A stretch of DNA of 64,000 bases from Balneolaceae bacterium (GCA_020832285.1 JAFIFB010000105.1:10777-74776), one strand, 5' to 3'. Shown: positions 48,623 to 59,235, counted from the stretch's first letter. The notes: generated from the letters alone by a model not told the origin. Program-made: numbers and translations.

Positions 48623-48744
48623 AAAAAGTGTTTTTTTGTCGGTTTCAACTATTTGGTTAAGATAGCATCTATTCGAAACAAGAAAAAAAGAAGGAGTATA
48701 AAAGACCGGAGGGCAAGAGGGTAAATACGCAATGAATCCTGATA

Positions 48745-49092
48745 CTATTTCATCTTATGGAGATCAGTAACGAGTTTTTCACAGTAGGTATTCATTTTCT
48801 TTATCAATTCCTCAATTTCGGAATCAGATGCTTCTTCTTCTAACAGTTCTTTTGATTTTTCATACATCTCTATAATCGGATCGAGATGGAGCATCTGTGC
48901 AATTGGTTTGATTTTATGGCCGGCATTACGGAGAGCCTGATCATCTCTTGATCCAAGATTTTTTTCAAAGTTATTTTTGAACTCAGTGAATGATTCAACC
49001 GAAGCCTCTAAAAATTCATAAACATATTCTTCATCACCATAAAGGAGGTCAACAATAATTTTTTTGTCAATTAAAGGTTTATTCGGAGCCAT
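48745..49092 (-). CDS. Stand-alone Hpt (histidine phosphotransfer) domain protein (tentative)
   Basis: 115-aa helical protein. [15 protein letters not shown] resembles the Hpt HxxKG/S helix. Confidence 0.45.
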   Translation of the reverse strand: MAPNKPLIDKKIIVDLLYGDEEYVYEFLEASVESFTEFKNNFEKNLGSRDDQALRNAGHKIKPIAQMLHLDPIIEMYEKSKELLEEEASDSEIEELIKKMNTYCEKLVTDLHKMK

Positions 49093-49095
49093 AAA

Positions 49096-49488
49096 TTATT
49101 CGTTAGCCGGCTTAATAACACCGTGTGGTTTTGGTTTCCCGTCTTTATCAAGATGTACAAATACGATCTTATCGATTCTTATGATAGGTTTTAGTGTAAA
49201 TTTGTGACGCACTTCACATTTAACGGTAATTGAAGTGGTGCCAAAAGAGACCGTTTCCATTCCAATTTCGATAATATCTCCAAGTTCTGCCGAGCTTACA
49301 AAATCAATTTCAGACATAAACTTGGTGGCAATATTACTTTTTCCCAATTGACAAATCACGTAAATAGCTGCTTCTTCATCAATCCAGGCCAGTACTGAGC
49401 CTCCAAACAGTGTTCCGTGTGAGTTTAAATCTTCAGGTTTTATCAATTTTCGGCTGAAAAATCTCATCCCACGATAAATTTCGGGCAT
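49096..49488 (-). CDS. Acyl-CoA thioesterase, hotdog fold (YciA-like)
   Basis: PEDLNSHGTLFGGSVLAWIDEEAAIY. Confidence 0.8.
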   Translation of the reverse strand: MPEIYRGMRFFSRKLIKPEDLNSHGTLFGGSVLAWIDEEAAIYVICQLGKSNIATKFMSEIDFVSSAELGDIIEIGMETVSFGTTSITVKCEVRHKFTLKPIIRIDKIVFVHLDKDGKPKPHGVIKPANE

Positions 49489-49786
49489 ATTGGAATATGC
49501 TAATTCAAGGAGTTATATAAAAAGATAACGCAAGACTCATCTTTATATGAATATTAAGAAAAAATAATAAATCTGCCTTAACCTTTCATTTTTATTTAAT
49601 AGAAAGTATCGAAAGTTACCAGTTATCCAAACAAAGTATCAGGAGTTTTCTTAGTCTCAAATTTCTTGGTGAATAATGCAAATAAGATAAACTATTTTTT
49701 AACATAGGGTTAATATACAGATAATTCCGAATGATTAAATTGAAAGTAGAAACTCCAAAGCGTACTATCGACAATCAAATAACGGT

Positions 49787-49817
49787 AAAAAAGCTCTCTT
49801 GATTGAGGGCTTTTTTT
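49787..49817 (+). terminator. Isolated bidirectional-type intrinsic terminator in a long spacer
   Basis: A6-GCTCTC-ttgatt-GAGGGC-T7 (6-bp stem including one G-U pair). Confidence 0.4.
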
Positions 49818-50210
49818 ATTTCCTATCCTTTCTTCCACTCATTATCGATACCTTTCATAGCTGATATGCCAAATGATGTTTTATTTTTTTTTACCTTAAT
49901 CTTGAAATAATTCTTTTGGGGTCTTTCAAAACAAAAACTACACACAGTATGCCAAACACTTTTTGAATACCTCATTACTTATTTTTTATCAGAAGGGTGT
50001 TGTATTATAAGTTTTCAAGGTGCCGAAAAATGATTTTATATTTAAATAATCCACTTGAAAATTATTTTCGTTTAATAATGCCGCAAATTCGGGGGAAATT
50101 TTCAGAAATCTTGAAGATTTATTTTTTTCTTTAACAAATCAGTATGAAATGCATTAATTTCGTTCCTTTTAGAATTCAGAAAGAAAAAGATCAAATAAAT
50201 ATTTAAATCT

Positions 50211-51251
50211 TTGTTACTTCCATTGATGGTGATTTTTGCAGTCGTTGCTGCTGGGGTAAATTACTTTACTACAGGTTGGTATTTGAGGTATGCCAAAGAA
50301 AATCATATAACAGATATTCCCACAAAAAGAAGTTCACATGATGTCCCTAAGCCAAGGGGTGGAGGTATCGGATTTGTGATTGTTACAATATTGGGATCGT
50401 TTGCCTATCTCTTATATGAAATGCATTTGTTTTCTTTCGGAATTATTACTTTTCTGATTGCTTTGATTATTGTAGCAATTTTCGGTTGGTTTGATGACAA
50501 AAACAGCCTTTCCATTCCGGTTCGTTTTACTGTTCAGGTGATAGCAGCTCTCACAATTTTGATATTTCTGTCAGATTTTGATGCTTTTTATGTTCCTGGA
50601 GTTTATAAAATCCCTTTGGGAATTTTTGGTTTTTTGGTTGGAATTATCTGGCTTACCGGTGCCACGAACATTTACAACTTCATGGATGGTGTAGATGGTA
50701 TTGCTTCTGTTCAGGCTATTTTTGCTGGAATTGGCTGGATTTTTTGGGGTTGGTATCTGGAGATTCCTTTCATTATTGTAATGAATCTGATTCTCGTTTG
50801 TTCGGTAGGTTCATTTCTGATTTATAATTGGCAACCTGCTAAAATTTTCATGGGTGATGTGGGGAGTGTTTTTCTTGGATTTTATTTTGCCTCTCTTCCC
50901 TTTTTAGCGGTATACCTGTCAGACTCTTTAAACATTGGATTTACTATCTGGATTTCGGCTTTATTGTTATGGCCATTTCTTTATGATGGAAGTTTTACAC
51001 TGATTCGAAGGGCTGTTAAGAAAAAAAATGTTTTCAAACCTCACAGAACTCACCTCTATCAGCGATTGAACAGAATGGGGTGGTCTCACAAAAAAGTAAC
51101 TTACCTTTACTCGGCTTTTTGTCTAATCAGTTTTATCGCCTCTATAATTTTTGTGACTAACTCTGGTATTATTAAAATTTTTACAATATCAGTTATACTG
51201 CTTCTTTCATTCTGGTATAGTCACGTGGTTTACAAACACAGAAGGATTTAA
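50211..51251 (+). CDS. Polyprenyl-phosphate HexNAc-1-phosphate transferase (WecA/WbpL/MraY family, GT4-type initiating enzyme)
   Basis: About 10-11 TM segments. NIYNFMDGVDG and FMGDVGS motifs. TTG start; an ATG at 50226 is an alternative. Confidence 0.85.
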   Translation: MLLPLMVIFAVVAAGVNYFTTGWYLRYAKENHITDIPTKRSSHDVPKPRGGGIGFVIVTILGSFAYLLYEMHLFSFGIITFLIALIIVAIFGWFDDKNSLSIPVRFTVQVIAALTILIFLSDFDAFYVPGVYKIPLGIFGFLVGIIWLTGATNIYNFMDGVDGIASVQAIFAGIGWIFWGWYLEIPFIIVMNLILVCSVGSFLIYNWQPAKIFMGDVGSVFLGFYFASLPFLAVYLSDSLNIGFTIWISALLLWPFLYDGSFTLIRRAVKKKNVFKPHRTHLYQRLNRMGWSHKKVTYLYSAFCLISFIASIIFVTNSGIIKIFTISVILLLSFWYSHVVYKHRRI

Positions 51252-51368
51252 AGGCAAGCCGAAGAAAATTAATTTAATTCTGAAGAGTTTATTTTTTTTC
51301 TTTTTCCCTTTATGTTGACGGCGTATATTTAAAATTGCAAAATTTTAAATTAAACATTTATGTAATAG

Positions 51369-52697
51369 ATGGAAATTGACGCTTTACTTGAACGCATAAA
51401 CAAAAGAGAGTACAAAGTCGGAATTATAGGTTTGGGTTATGTAGGATTGCCACTCATGTGGACATTCCACGAAAAAAATATGCCCGTTATAGGATTCGAT
51501 ATTGATGAAAAGAAGGTACACTGTATTAATGATGGTATTCCCTATATAAAGCATCTGGGAGAAGATAAAATGCAGTTACTGTCAAAATCTGCTATCTGTG
51601 AAGCCACCGCTGACTTTACACGTTTACCTGAGGCAGACGCACTTTTATTATGTGTTCCCACGCCGTTGAATACCTACAGAGAGCCCGAAATGAAGTTTGT
51701 TGAACAAACTACACGTGTTGTATCAAAACATCTGAGAAAAGGTCAGCTTGTTATTCTTGAATCCACGACATGGCCGGGTACCACAGAAGAATTGATGATA
51801 CCAATACTGGAAAAAGAGAGCGGTTTGAAATCTGGCAAGGACTTTTTTGTTGCTTACAGTCCCGAACGGGAAGATCCCGGCAACGCTGATTTTAATACTG
51901 CAAAAATCCCAAAAGTAGTAGGTGCGCATGGTGAAAAGGCATTAAAACTGGCTTGCGAACTCTATAATACCGCAATTATTCAAACGGTGCCTGTAAGTAA
52001 CACCAAGACGGCTGAAGCCGTAAAACTGACAGAAAATATTTTCAGATCTGTGAATATTGCCCTTGTAAATGAACTGAAAGTAGTCTACAGCAAAATGGGT
52101 ATTGATGTACATGAGGTACTGGATGCAGCAGAAACCAAACCTTTTGGATTCATGAAGTTTACACCAGGGCCCGGATTGGGTGGCCATTGTATACCCATCG
52201 ATCCGTTTTATCTAACCTGGAAAGCAAGAGAGTTTGAGCAAAATACCCGTTTCATTGAACTTGCTGGTGAAATAAACACATCAATGCCAAGATATGTCGT
52301 ACAGCGAACCTTAGAGGCATTGAATTCACAAAGTAAATCTATTCGCGGAAGCCGCATCCTCATTATTGGCCTTGCCTACAAGCCAGATGTAGATGATGAC
52401 AGAGAATCACCCACTTATAAATTAATGGACTATTTTGATGAAATGGGTGCAGAGGTGGAATATTATGATCCTTATGTTCCTGTGATTAAGGGTGCGCGTG
52501 AATATCCGCATTGGGCAGGAAAAAAATCTGTTACCTGGGATAAAAGTACTATTGAAAAATTTGACGTGATAGTAATTTCCACAAATCATTCAGAGATAGA
52601 TTATACAAAACTTTCAGATTGGCATAACTTAATTGTCGATACGAGAAATTCCATGAAACATATTGACTCAAAAAACGGTCACATTTGGAAAGCTTAA
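51369..52697 (+). CDS. Nucleotide-sugar 6-dehydrogenase (UDP-GlcNAc/ManNAc/Glc dehydrogenase family)
   Basis: GIIGLGYVGLP; catalytic Cys context GGHCIPIDP. Confidence 0.88.
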   Translation: MEIDALLERINKREYKVGIIGLGYVGLPLMWTFHEKNMPVIGFDIDEKKVHCINDGIPYIKHLGEDKMQLLSKSAICEATADFTRLPEADALLLCVPTPLNTYREPEMKFVEQTTRVVSKHLRKGQLVILESTTWPGTTEELMIPILEKESGLKSGKDFFVAYSPEREDPGNADFNTAKIPKVVGAHGEKALKLACELYNTAIIQTVPVSNTKTAEAVKLTENIFRSVNIALVNELKVVYSKMGIDVHEVLDAAETKPFGFMKFTPGPGLGGHCIPIDPFYLTWKAREFEQNTRFIELAGEINTSMPRYVVQRTLEALNSQSKSIRGSRILIIGLAYKPDVDDDRESPTYKLMDYFDEMGAEVEYYDPYVPVIKGAREYPHWAGKKSVTWDKSTIEKFDVIVISTNHSEIDYTKLSDWHNLIVDTRNSMKHIDSKNGHIWKA

Positions 52698-52791
52698 TTT
52701 TGACTTGTGAAATCATACATAAAAAATTAATAAAAGAGGCTCATTAAAAAGCTTTAATAAACGCGTTAATAACTAATTTGTATATTTTTAC

Positions 52792-53850
52792 ATGAAAATA
52801 TTTATCACGGGAACGGCTGGATTTATAGGTTTCCATCTGGCACAAAGGTTGCTTGCCGAAGGCCATAAGGTTGTCGGCCTCGATAACATCAACGACTATT
52901 ATGATGTAAATCTGAAGCTTGATCGCCTGAGAGAGGCTGGTATTACGGAAGTTATAGAGAATGATTTTGTAGTAAGTCGCAGAGATTCGGCGTATCGGTT
53001 TATGAAAGCCGATCTCCAAAACAGGAAAGTTATTGGCAATCTGTTTGAGAAGGAAAAATTTGATGTTGTGATTAATCTTGCTGCACAGGCTGGAGTGCGT
53101 TACAGTTTGAAAAATCCATACTCATATATTGACAGCAATATCAATGGATTTTTGAATGTACTGGAGGGATGCCGGAACTCCGGCGTAAAGCATCTGATTT
53201 ATGCATCATCCAGTTCGGTTTATGGGGCAAATACCAAAATGCCGTTTCACACAGATGACAGGGTAGACCATCCCGTAAGCCTTTATGCTGCAAGTAAGAA
53301 ATCTAATGAATTGATGGCCTACACCTATTCTCATTTGTACAGCTTACCTACTACCGGCTTACGATTCTTCACAGTTTACGGCCCATGGGGTAGGCCCGAT
53401 ATGGCCCTTTACATTTTTACCAAGGCGATAACAGAGGGTAAAACTATCGATATTTATAACTATGGGGATATGGAAAGAGACTTTACATATGTAGATGATA
53501 TTGTAGAGGGAGTTGTAAGGTTATTAGATAAAGCTCCCGGAAATGTGGAGGCGGAAGATCAAAGCAAAAATCAAAATGAGTCCACTGCTCCTCACTCTCA
53601 ATTATTCAATATTGGCCATGGAAGCCCGGTTAAATTAATGGATTTTATAGAAGAGATTGAAAAAAACCTTGGAGTCAATGCCTCTAAAAATCTAATGGAA
53701 ATCCAGCCCGGTGATGTACCGAAAACGTGGGCTGATGTAGAAAACCTGTACGAGTTAACTGACTTCAGGCCAAAAGTATCTGTTAAAGAAGGAGTGAAAA
53801 AGTTTGTGGATTGGTATCAGCAATATCATGATACCAAAAGAAATACTTGA
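52792..53850 (+). CDS. NAD-dependent uronate 4-epimerase (CapI/UDP-glucuronate 4-epimerase-like SDR)
   Basis: IFITGTAGFIGFHL, YAASKKSNE (YxxxK), FFTVYGPWGRPDMA. Confidence 0.85.
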   Translation: MKIFITGTAGFIGFHLAQRLLAEGHKVVGLDNINDYYDVNLKLDRLREAGITEVIENDFVVSRRDSAYRFMKADLQNRKVIGNLFEKEKFDVVINLAAQAGVRYSLKNPYSYIDSNINGFLNVLEGCRNSGVKHLIYASSSSVYGANTKMPFHTDDRVDHPVSLYAASKKSNELMAYTYSHLYSLPTTGLRFFTVYGPWGRPDMALYIFTKAITEGKTIDIYNYGDMERDFTYVDDIVEGVVRLLDKAPGNVEAEDQSKNQNESTAPHSQLFNIGHGSPVKLMDFIEEIEKNLGVNASKNLMEIQPGDVPKTWADVENLYELTDFRPKVSVKEGVKKFVDWYQQYHDTKRNT

Positions 53851-54017
53851 TAAAGATATTATTTTAAGTAATATGATCTATTCTATTTCTATAGAACTAT
53901 TAACATTAAATTTACTCAAAACTATTTAATCGGGAAGATAATTTAGTTGTAAGCTGGTATAGCCTGTACCGATATATTCGACCCAAGTTTGATTTTTATA
54001 CAGAGAAAAAAGCTACA

Positions 54018-55883
54018 ATGATGCTGCAAAAAGTAATTGATTATAAAGATATCTGGAAGTTTATTGCGGAAGTTTCTATTTGGTCGTCAATTACAATATT
54101 CGCATTTCTTTTAAGGCTTGATGGAAATATTAACGGACACGCAGCCACAATTGCTCAGGTTACATTAATTCTTTTCATTTTTAAATCTTTTGCGGTTTAT
54201 TGGTTTGGAACCTTCCGCCAATCCTGGCGAAATACAGGCTTCAGGGACCTTTATTCCATTTTTAAAGCTGTAGTGTTGGTTTTTTTGGTTTTTTTAGGGA
54301 TTGTATTTGCTTTCAGGTCAACACTTCATGTACCACTATCGGTGCCTTTTATCGAACTGGCATTATCTCTGTTGATTTTGTGTGGGCTGAGGGTAGCAAT
54401 TCGTTTTTATTTCGTTTACTGGAATCCCCGTAAAGGAGATATTAAGAGTACCTGCCGTGTTTTAATAGTTGGTGCAGGTGAAAGCGGAAATATGGCCGCA
54501 AGAGAGATGTTTCGCCATCCCGAAGCAGGCATGAAGCCAGTAGTATTTCTGGATGACGATAAATCAAAGCAAGGTCAAAAGTTTTTAGGTATCCCCGTAG
54601 CAGGTCATATTGAAGATATGAAGGATGCTGTTAAATTTTATAAGATTGATGAAATTTTAATTGCCATGCCTTCGGAAACTGGTGAAGTGATTCGCCGGGT
54701 AGTCAATGAAGCCAGTAAAACCGGGGTCAAATATAGAACGATTCCAAGTATCTATGATCTGATCAGCGGAAAAGTATCTATCAATCAGATCAGAAATGTT
54801 GATGTGGAAGATCTTCTGCGGCGTAAACCAGTTCAACTCGAAACTGGAATTATTCATAAATATATAAAAGGCCAAACGGTGCTTGTAACCGGTGCAGGAG
54901 GTTCTATCGGATCTGAAATAGTTCGGCAGCTTTCCCGGTTCGAACCTGCAAAAGTAATTCTATTGGGTAGAGGTGAGAATAGTATTCATCAGTTACTCAG
55001 TGAAATCGAAGTAAAATTTTCCAATCTTAAATATCAGGTGAGAATCGGGAATATTCGTGATTATTATTCGATGGAACGAATATTTTCCACAGAAAAGCCA
55101 GATGTAGTTTTTCATGCAGCAGCCCACAAGCACGTGCCTCTTATGGAAGCAAATCCCGAACAAGCCGTTTTAAATAACGTAGAGGGAACATTTAATCTGG
55201 TTCGGCTCTCTATAAAATACGACATTCAATATTTTGTGAATATCTCAACAGATAAAGCTGTTAATCCAACATCGGTCATGGGAGCAACCAAACGGATTTC
55301 AGAACAGATTGTGAAATGGGGTGCTTCGCAATCAAAAAATGGAGAGGTATTTGTTTCTGTAAGATTTGGGAATGTGCTAGGCAGCAGGGGAAGTGTAATT
55401 CCAAAGTTTAAAGATCAGATAAAAAGAGGAGGGCCCATCTCAGTAACCCATCCCGATATGATACGTTACTTTATGACCATACCGGAAGCATCGCAGCTTG
55501 TTTTACAGGCAGGTGCTCTCAATATGAATGGGTCTGTATTCGTATTGGATATGGGAGAGCCTGTCAATATTGAACAGATGGCACGAGACCTCATTCGGCT
55601 CTCTGGCCTCGAGCCAGATAAAGATATTAAAATTAAATATATGGGCGTTCGCCCCGGTGAAAAACTATACGAAGAATTGTTGACAGCAGAAGAAGGCACT
55701 ATCATGACCCGTCATGAAAAAATATATGTTGCAAAATCGGCAGACCCTATTGAACACCTTGAACGCAGGCTAACCGAGCTTTTTCTCATTGCAAATAACG
55801 AATCAAAAGAGAAAGTTAAAATGGCAATAAAAGCTTTGGTTCCTACATACAAATATGCAGGAAAAGAAACAGTTAACTTTTAA
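54018..55883 (+). CDS. Membrane-anchored polysaccharide biosynthesis dehydratase (CapD/WbpM/PglF family, UDP-HexNAc 4,6-dehydratase)
   Basis: 4 N-terminal TM segments. VLVTGAGGSIGSE, ISTDKAVNPTSVMGATKR. Confidence 0.88.
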   Translation: MMLQKVIDYKDIWKFIAEVSIWSSITIFAFLLRLDGNINGHAATIAQVTLILFIFKSFAVYWFGTFRQSWRNTGFRDLYSIFKAVVLVFLVFLGIVFAFRSTLHVPLSVPFIELALSLLILCGLRVAIRFYFVYWNPRKGDIKSTCRVLIVGAGESGNMAAREMFRHPEAGMKPVVFLDDDKSKQGQKFLGIPVAGHIEDMKDAVKFYKIDEILIAMPSETGEVIRRVVNEASKTGVKYRTIPSIYDLISGKVSINQIRNVDVEDLLRRKPVQLETGIIHKYIKGQTVLVTGAGGSIGSEIVRQLSRFEPAKVILLGRGENSIHQLLSEIEVKFSNLKYQVRIGNIRDYYSMERIFSTEKPDVVFHAAAHKHVPLMEANPEQAVLNNVEGTFNLVRLSIKYDIQYFVNISTDKAVNPTSVMGATKRISEQIVKWGASQSKNGEVFVSVRFGNVLGSRGSVIPKFKDQIKRGGPISVTHPDMIRYFMTIPEASQLVLQAGALNMNGSVFVLDMGEPVNIEQMARDLIRLSGLEPDKDIKIKYMGVRPGEKLYEELLTAEEGTIMTRHEKIYVAKSADPIEHLERRLTELFLIANNESKEKVKMAIKALVPTYKYAGKETVNF

Positions 55884-56152
55884 GTATGGATTAGGAATTC
55901 ATTATCTTTTATTCTCGTCATGTTGTTCCATAATTGCTGTTTTGGTTGAAAATTTGACAGTACTGTGTTTATTTATAAATCTATAATAGGCAAAAATTAC
56001 AATCGTTAAATTAAATTGATACCTGACAAGCAGATATTTTGAAGCGACCGGACTTTTATGCTTCATAGTGCCCATTGAAGCTATCACGAAAATAACTTTT
56101 CAAAATTATGGGTGGATTTACCTTACTGATACAAAACGTTTAAAAAGAAGAA

Positions 56153-57430
56153 GTGTCTGATTCAAATAAAAATAACCCGCAAGGTTCAAATTTTCCTGAA
56201 AAACAGGGTAATGGGAAAAAACAGCTTCAGAAAAAAGAACTGATTGAAGAATACCGCCTTGTGCCCGTCGATGAGTATCATTTTCATGATGACGAAGAAT
56301 TCATCGATATTATCGGAGTCCTTAAAGATTTATGGATAAACCGCAGAACTATCTATTTGGTGGCTGGAATTGTACTGACGATAGGAGTTGTTGTCTACCT
56401 GGGAAGTGAGAAAATTTATTATTCAGAAACCAAGCTGATGCCCGAAACATCATCGGGTCAAACCCAGCTCGGACAGTTTGTACAACAGTATGAAAACATT
56501 TTAGGTATTCAGCAGCGCAGAATGGAAGATGAAGACATACGTGTTTCAATGTATCCTCATATCGTTGAGAGTCTTCCTTTTCAAATAGAATTGATGCAGC
56601 ATGAGGTTTATTTTAGTGATATAGGCAGAAGAGTTACAATCTTTGAGTATTTTTCGGAGCATTATAAACGCAGCTTTGTGGATAATGCCTCGGTAATGTT
56701 ATGGGATTATACAATTGGATTGCCGGTTACTATTTGGAATTTTGTCACATCTTTACAAAAACAGGAAGAAGTTGAAAGGCCCCCCATTAACTTTTCTGAT
56801 TTCAGGGATTTTGATGAACCTAAAATGCTCGATCCTCAGATCAGAAGAGTAGCCAGTACAGTAAGCGGCTATATTACGATTGAAAGAGAGCCTCAAACGA
56901 ATTTTGTTCGAATTGGCGTTTCTTTATCTGATGCGTATGCCTCAACAGAGATGGTTATGTTGGTAAAAAACTTACTTCAGGAATATGTGATTGAATACAG
57001 AACGGAAAAATCATTAAAAAACCTTGAGTTTATAAGGGAAAGATACGAAGAGGCAAGGCAAAAATGGATAGCCACGCAGGATTCACTTGCCATATATCAG
57101 GACAGGAATATAAATCCTGCAAGACAATCTATTGCAGTGAGAGAACAGCGTTTACAATCTGAGTATGATCTTTCCTACAGCCTTTATAATACACTCGCCC
57201 GCCGCCTTCAGGAGTCTGAGATCCAGGTGCAGGAAGAAACTCCCGTTTTCAGAGTTCATGAACCTGCTACAGTTCCTACCCGCCCGGCAGCACCCAGTGC
57301 GGCAAGAATTATTGGCGGTGCTGCTTTTGCAGGTTTGTTTTTAGGGATTGCATTTATTTATCTAAGAAGGGCATTTATTAAGTTTCGGGAAGAATTTCGA
57401 AGAAAAGATCCAAAACCTTATCTAACCTGA
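56153..57430 (+). CDS. Wzz-like polysaccharide co-polymerase / chain-length determinant (no kinase domain)
   Basis: One TM segment near the N-terminus (IYLVAGIVLTIGVVVYL), a long coiled periplasmic region, and a C-terminal TM segment (IIGGAAFAGLFLGIAFIYL). GTG start. Confidence 0.7.
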   Translation: MSDSNKNNPQGSNFPEKQGNGKKQLQKKELIEEYRLVPVDEYHFHDDEEFIDIIGVLKDLWINRRTIYLVAGIVLTIGVVVYLGSEKIYYSETKLMPETSSGQTQLGQFVQQYENILGIQQRRMEDEDIRVSMYPHIVESLPFQIELMQHEVYFSDIGRRVTIFEYFSEHYKRSFVDNASVMLWDYTIGLPVTIWNFVTSLQKQEEVERPPINFSDFRDFDEPKMLDPQIRRVASTVSGYITIEREPQTNFVRIGVSLSDAYASTEMVMLVKNLLQEYVIEYRTEKSLKNLEFIRERYEEARQKWIATQDSLAIYQDRNINPARQSIAVREQRLQSEYDLSYSLYNTLARRLQESEIQVQEETPVFRVHEPATVPTRPAAPSAARIIGGAAFAGLFLGIAFIYLRRAFIKFREEFRRKDPKPYLT

Positions 57431-57432
57431 GT

Positions 57433-59235
57433 TTGAAAATTTTTCAAAGTATTACTTATTACCTGGGGGTTTACAGAGAGTTTATAGGCAAAAGGCTCTA
57501 CATCGTTTTTGGCCTAACTGCTGCGGCTGCTTTAACCGAAGGCTTTGGCATAACTCTGATTCTGCCACTCATTGAAGCCGCTGATGCAGGTGATGGGGGA
57601 CTTGACGGAGGAAGCACGGCCGTACGTTTTATCTACAGCATACTTGGTGTACTTGGTATTGAGGAATCGGTTGTCGGAATACTGATATTTATCGGAGCGG
57701 TATTTATTGGTAAAGGGGTTCTTAAATTTGTAGAGGGTAGTTATGCAAGCTATCTAAGAGCTCAATTGCTGCGTGAAATCAAAGGCAAAATGTTTAATGC
57801 CTATCGCGTTATGGATTACGGCTACTATGCGCATAATAATACCGGACACTTTATAAACGTGATAAACGGGCAGATAAATAATTTTATCCGCTCTTTTGAT
57901 ACCTTTACACGTTTTTTAACGATGATCATCATCACTGTATCCTATCTCTCTATCGCATTTTTATTAGCATGGAACTTTGCACTTATGGCAGTTGGAATAG
58001 GTTTTGTTCTGTTGTTTCTGTTTAAATTTCTCAATGCGTATGTTCAAGAATTATCCAGGAAAACGGCATCTGAAGAGAGTGTTCTTAACAAGTTTTTGGT
58101 TCAAACGATACAGTCATTCAAATATCTCACTTCCACAAATCAGATGCAGCATCTGAAAGGTGGGGTGATGGCAAGTATCGACAAGCTTGCGAATTATATG
58201 TATCGTCAGGGTGCTGCAAGTGCTTTCACACAGGCTATCAGAGAGCCTGTTTCTGTTATATTTCTGCTCTTTGTTATTATTATTCAGGTAGCTGTTTTCG
58301 ATTCACCCATCGCCCCGATATTCGTAGCATTACTACTGTTTCACCGCGGCATGCAGCATATGATAGGCATTCAGGACGACTGGCAGAAAACAATGGAAAA
58401 AATAGGCTCTCTTGAAATGGTTGTTGAGGAATTTGAAACACTGAAAAAAAACACCGAACAGACCGGGGAGAAAAAATTAGGGCCACTGTCTGAGGGAATC
58501 ACACTGGAGAATATTTACTTTAAATACAACAACAACGATGATCATGTGCTGAAAGATCTCTCTATCCATATACCCGTAAACAAAATGGTGGCATTTGTGG
58601 GTGAATCGGGTGCCGGTAAATCAACTCTTATCGATATGCTCACACTTCTGCTGCGTCCTCAACTGGGCTCTGTGCATATTGACAATATTAATTCTGAAGA
58701 GGTTGAACTCGCAAGCTGGCGGTCACAGATAGGGTATGTTTCCCAGGAAACTGTTGTTTTTGATGATACCATTGCCAATAATATTTGTCTCTGGAAAGGA
58801 GACTATAAAAAGGATGAAGAAGTAAGAGAACGCATTCATAAAGCTGCAAAGCGTGCTTATGTCGATGAGTATATTGAAAACCTGAATGATGGATACGATA
58901 CCGTGGTTGGCGATAGGGGAGTACGATTATCCGGCGGCCAGCGACAAAGGCTTTTTATTGCAAGAGAACTTTATAAAAATCCCAATCTTCTCATTCTTGA
59001 TGAAGCCACAAGTTCGCTCGACACTGAATCGGAACGTTATATCCAGAAAAGTATCGATTCTTTAAAAGGTTCTTTGACAGTTGTAATAATAGCTCACAGG
59101 CTTTCTACAATTAAAAATGCCGATTTAATCTATGTGGTTGAAAAAGGGCGGGTTATTGAACAGGGAACTTATGAAGAACTCTCATTAAATCGGAAATCAC
59201 GCTTTTCCAGAATGGTTCAGATTCAAAGCCTTTAA
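57433..59235 (+). CDS. Half-size ABC exporter (6-TM domain fused to NBD; MsbA/PglK/NdvA-like)
   Basis: GESGAGKST, LSGGQRQR, LILDEATSSLD. TTG start 2 nt after the wzz-like stop. Confidence 0.88.
   Translation: MKIFQSITYYLGVYREFIGKRLYIVFGLTAAAALTEGFGITLILPLIEAADAGDGGLDGGSTAVRFIYSILGVLGIEESVVGILIFIGAVFIGKGVLKFVEGSYASYLRAQLLREIKGKMFNAYRVMDYGYYAHNNTGHFINVINGQINNFIRSFDTFTRFLTMIIITVSYLSIAFLLAWNFALMAVGIGFVLLFLFKFLNAYVQELSRKTASEESVLNKFLVQTIQSFKYLTSTNQMQHLKGGVMASIDKLANYMYRQGAASAFTQAIREPVSVIFLLFVIIIQVAVFDSPIAPIFVALLLFHRGMQHMIGIQDDWQKTMEKIGSLEMVVEEFETLKKNTEQTGEKKLGPLSEGITLENIYFKYNNNDDHVLKDLSIHIPVNKMVAFVGESGAGKSTLIDMLTLLLRPQLGSVHIDNINSEEVELASWRSQIGYVSQETVVFDDTIANNICLWKGDYKKDEEVRERIHKAAKRAYVDEYIENLNDGYDTVVGDRGVRLSGGQRQRLFIARELYKNPNLLILDEATSSLDTESERYIQKSIDSLKGSLTVVIIAHRLSTIKNADLIYVVEKGRVIEQGTYEELSLNRKSRFSRMVQIQSL

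Noticed and set aside
52744-53019. 91-aa minus-strand ORF overlapping the start of the epimerase gene
   Set aside because: It overlaps a well-supported SDR gene and its upstream region, and its Ile/Lys-rich translation reflects AT-rich sequence.
55902-56087. 61-aa minus-strand ORF between capD-like and wzz-like genes
   Set aside because: It is opposite in direction to the whole operon, lies in an AT-rich promoter-like spacer, and has no motif.
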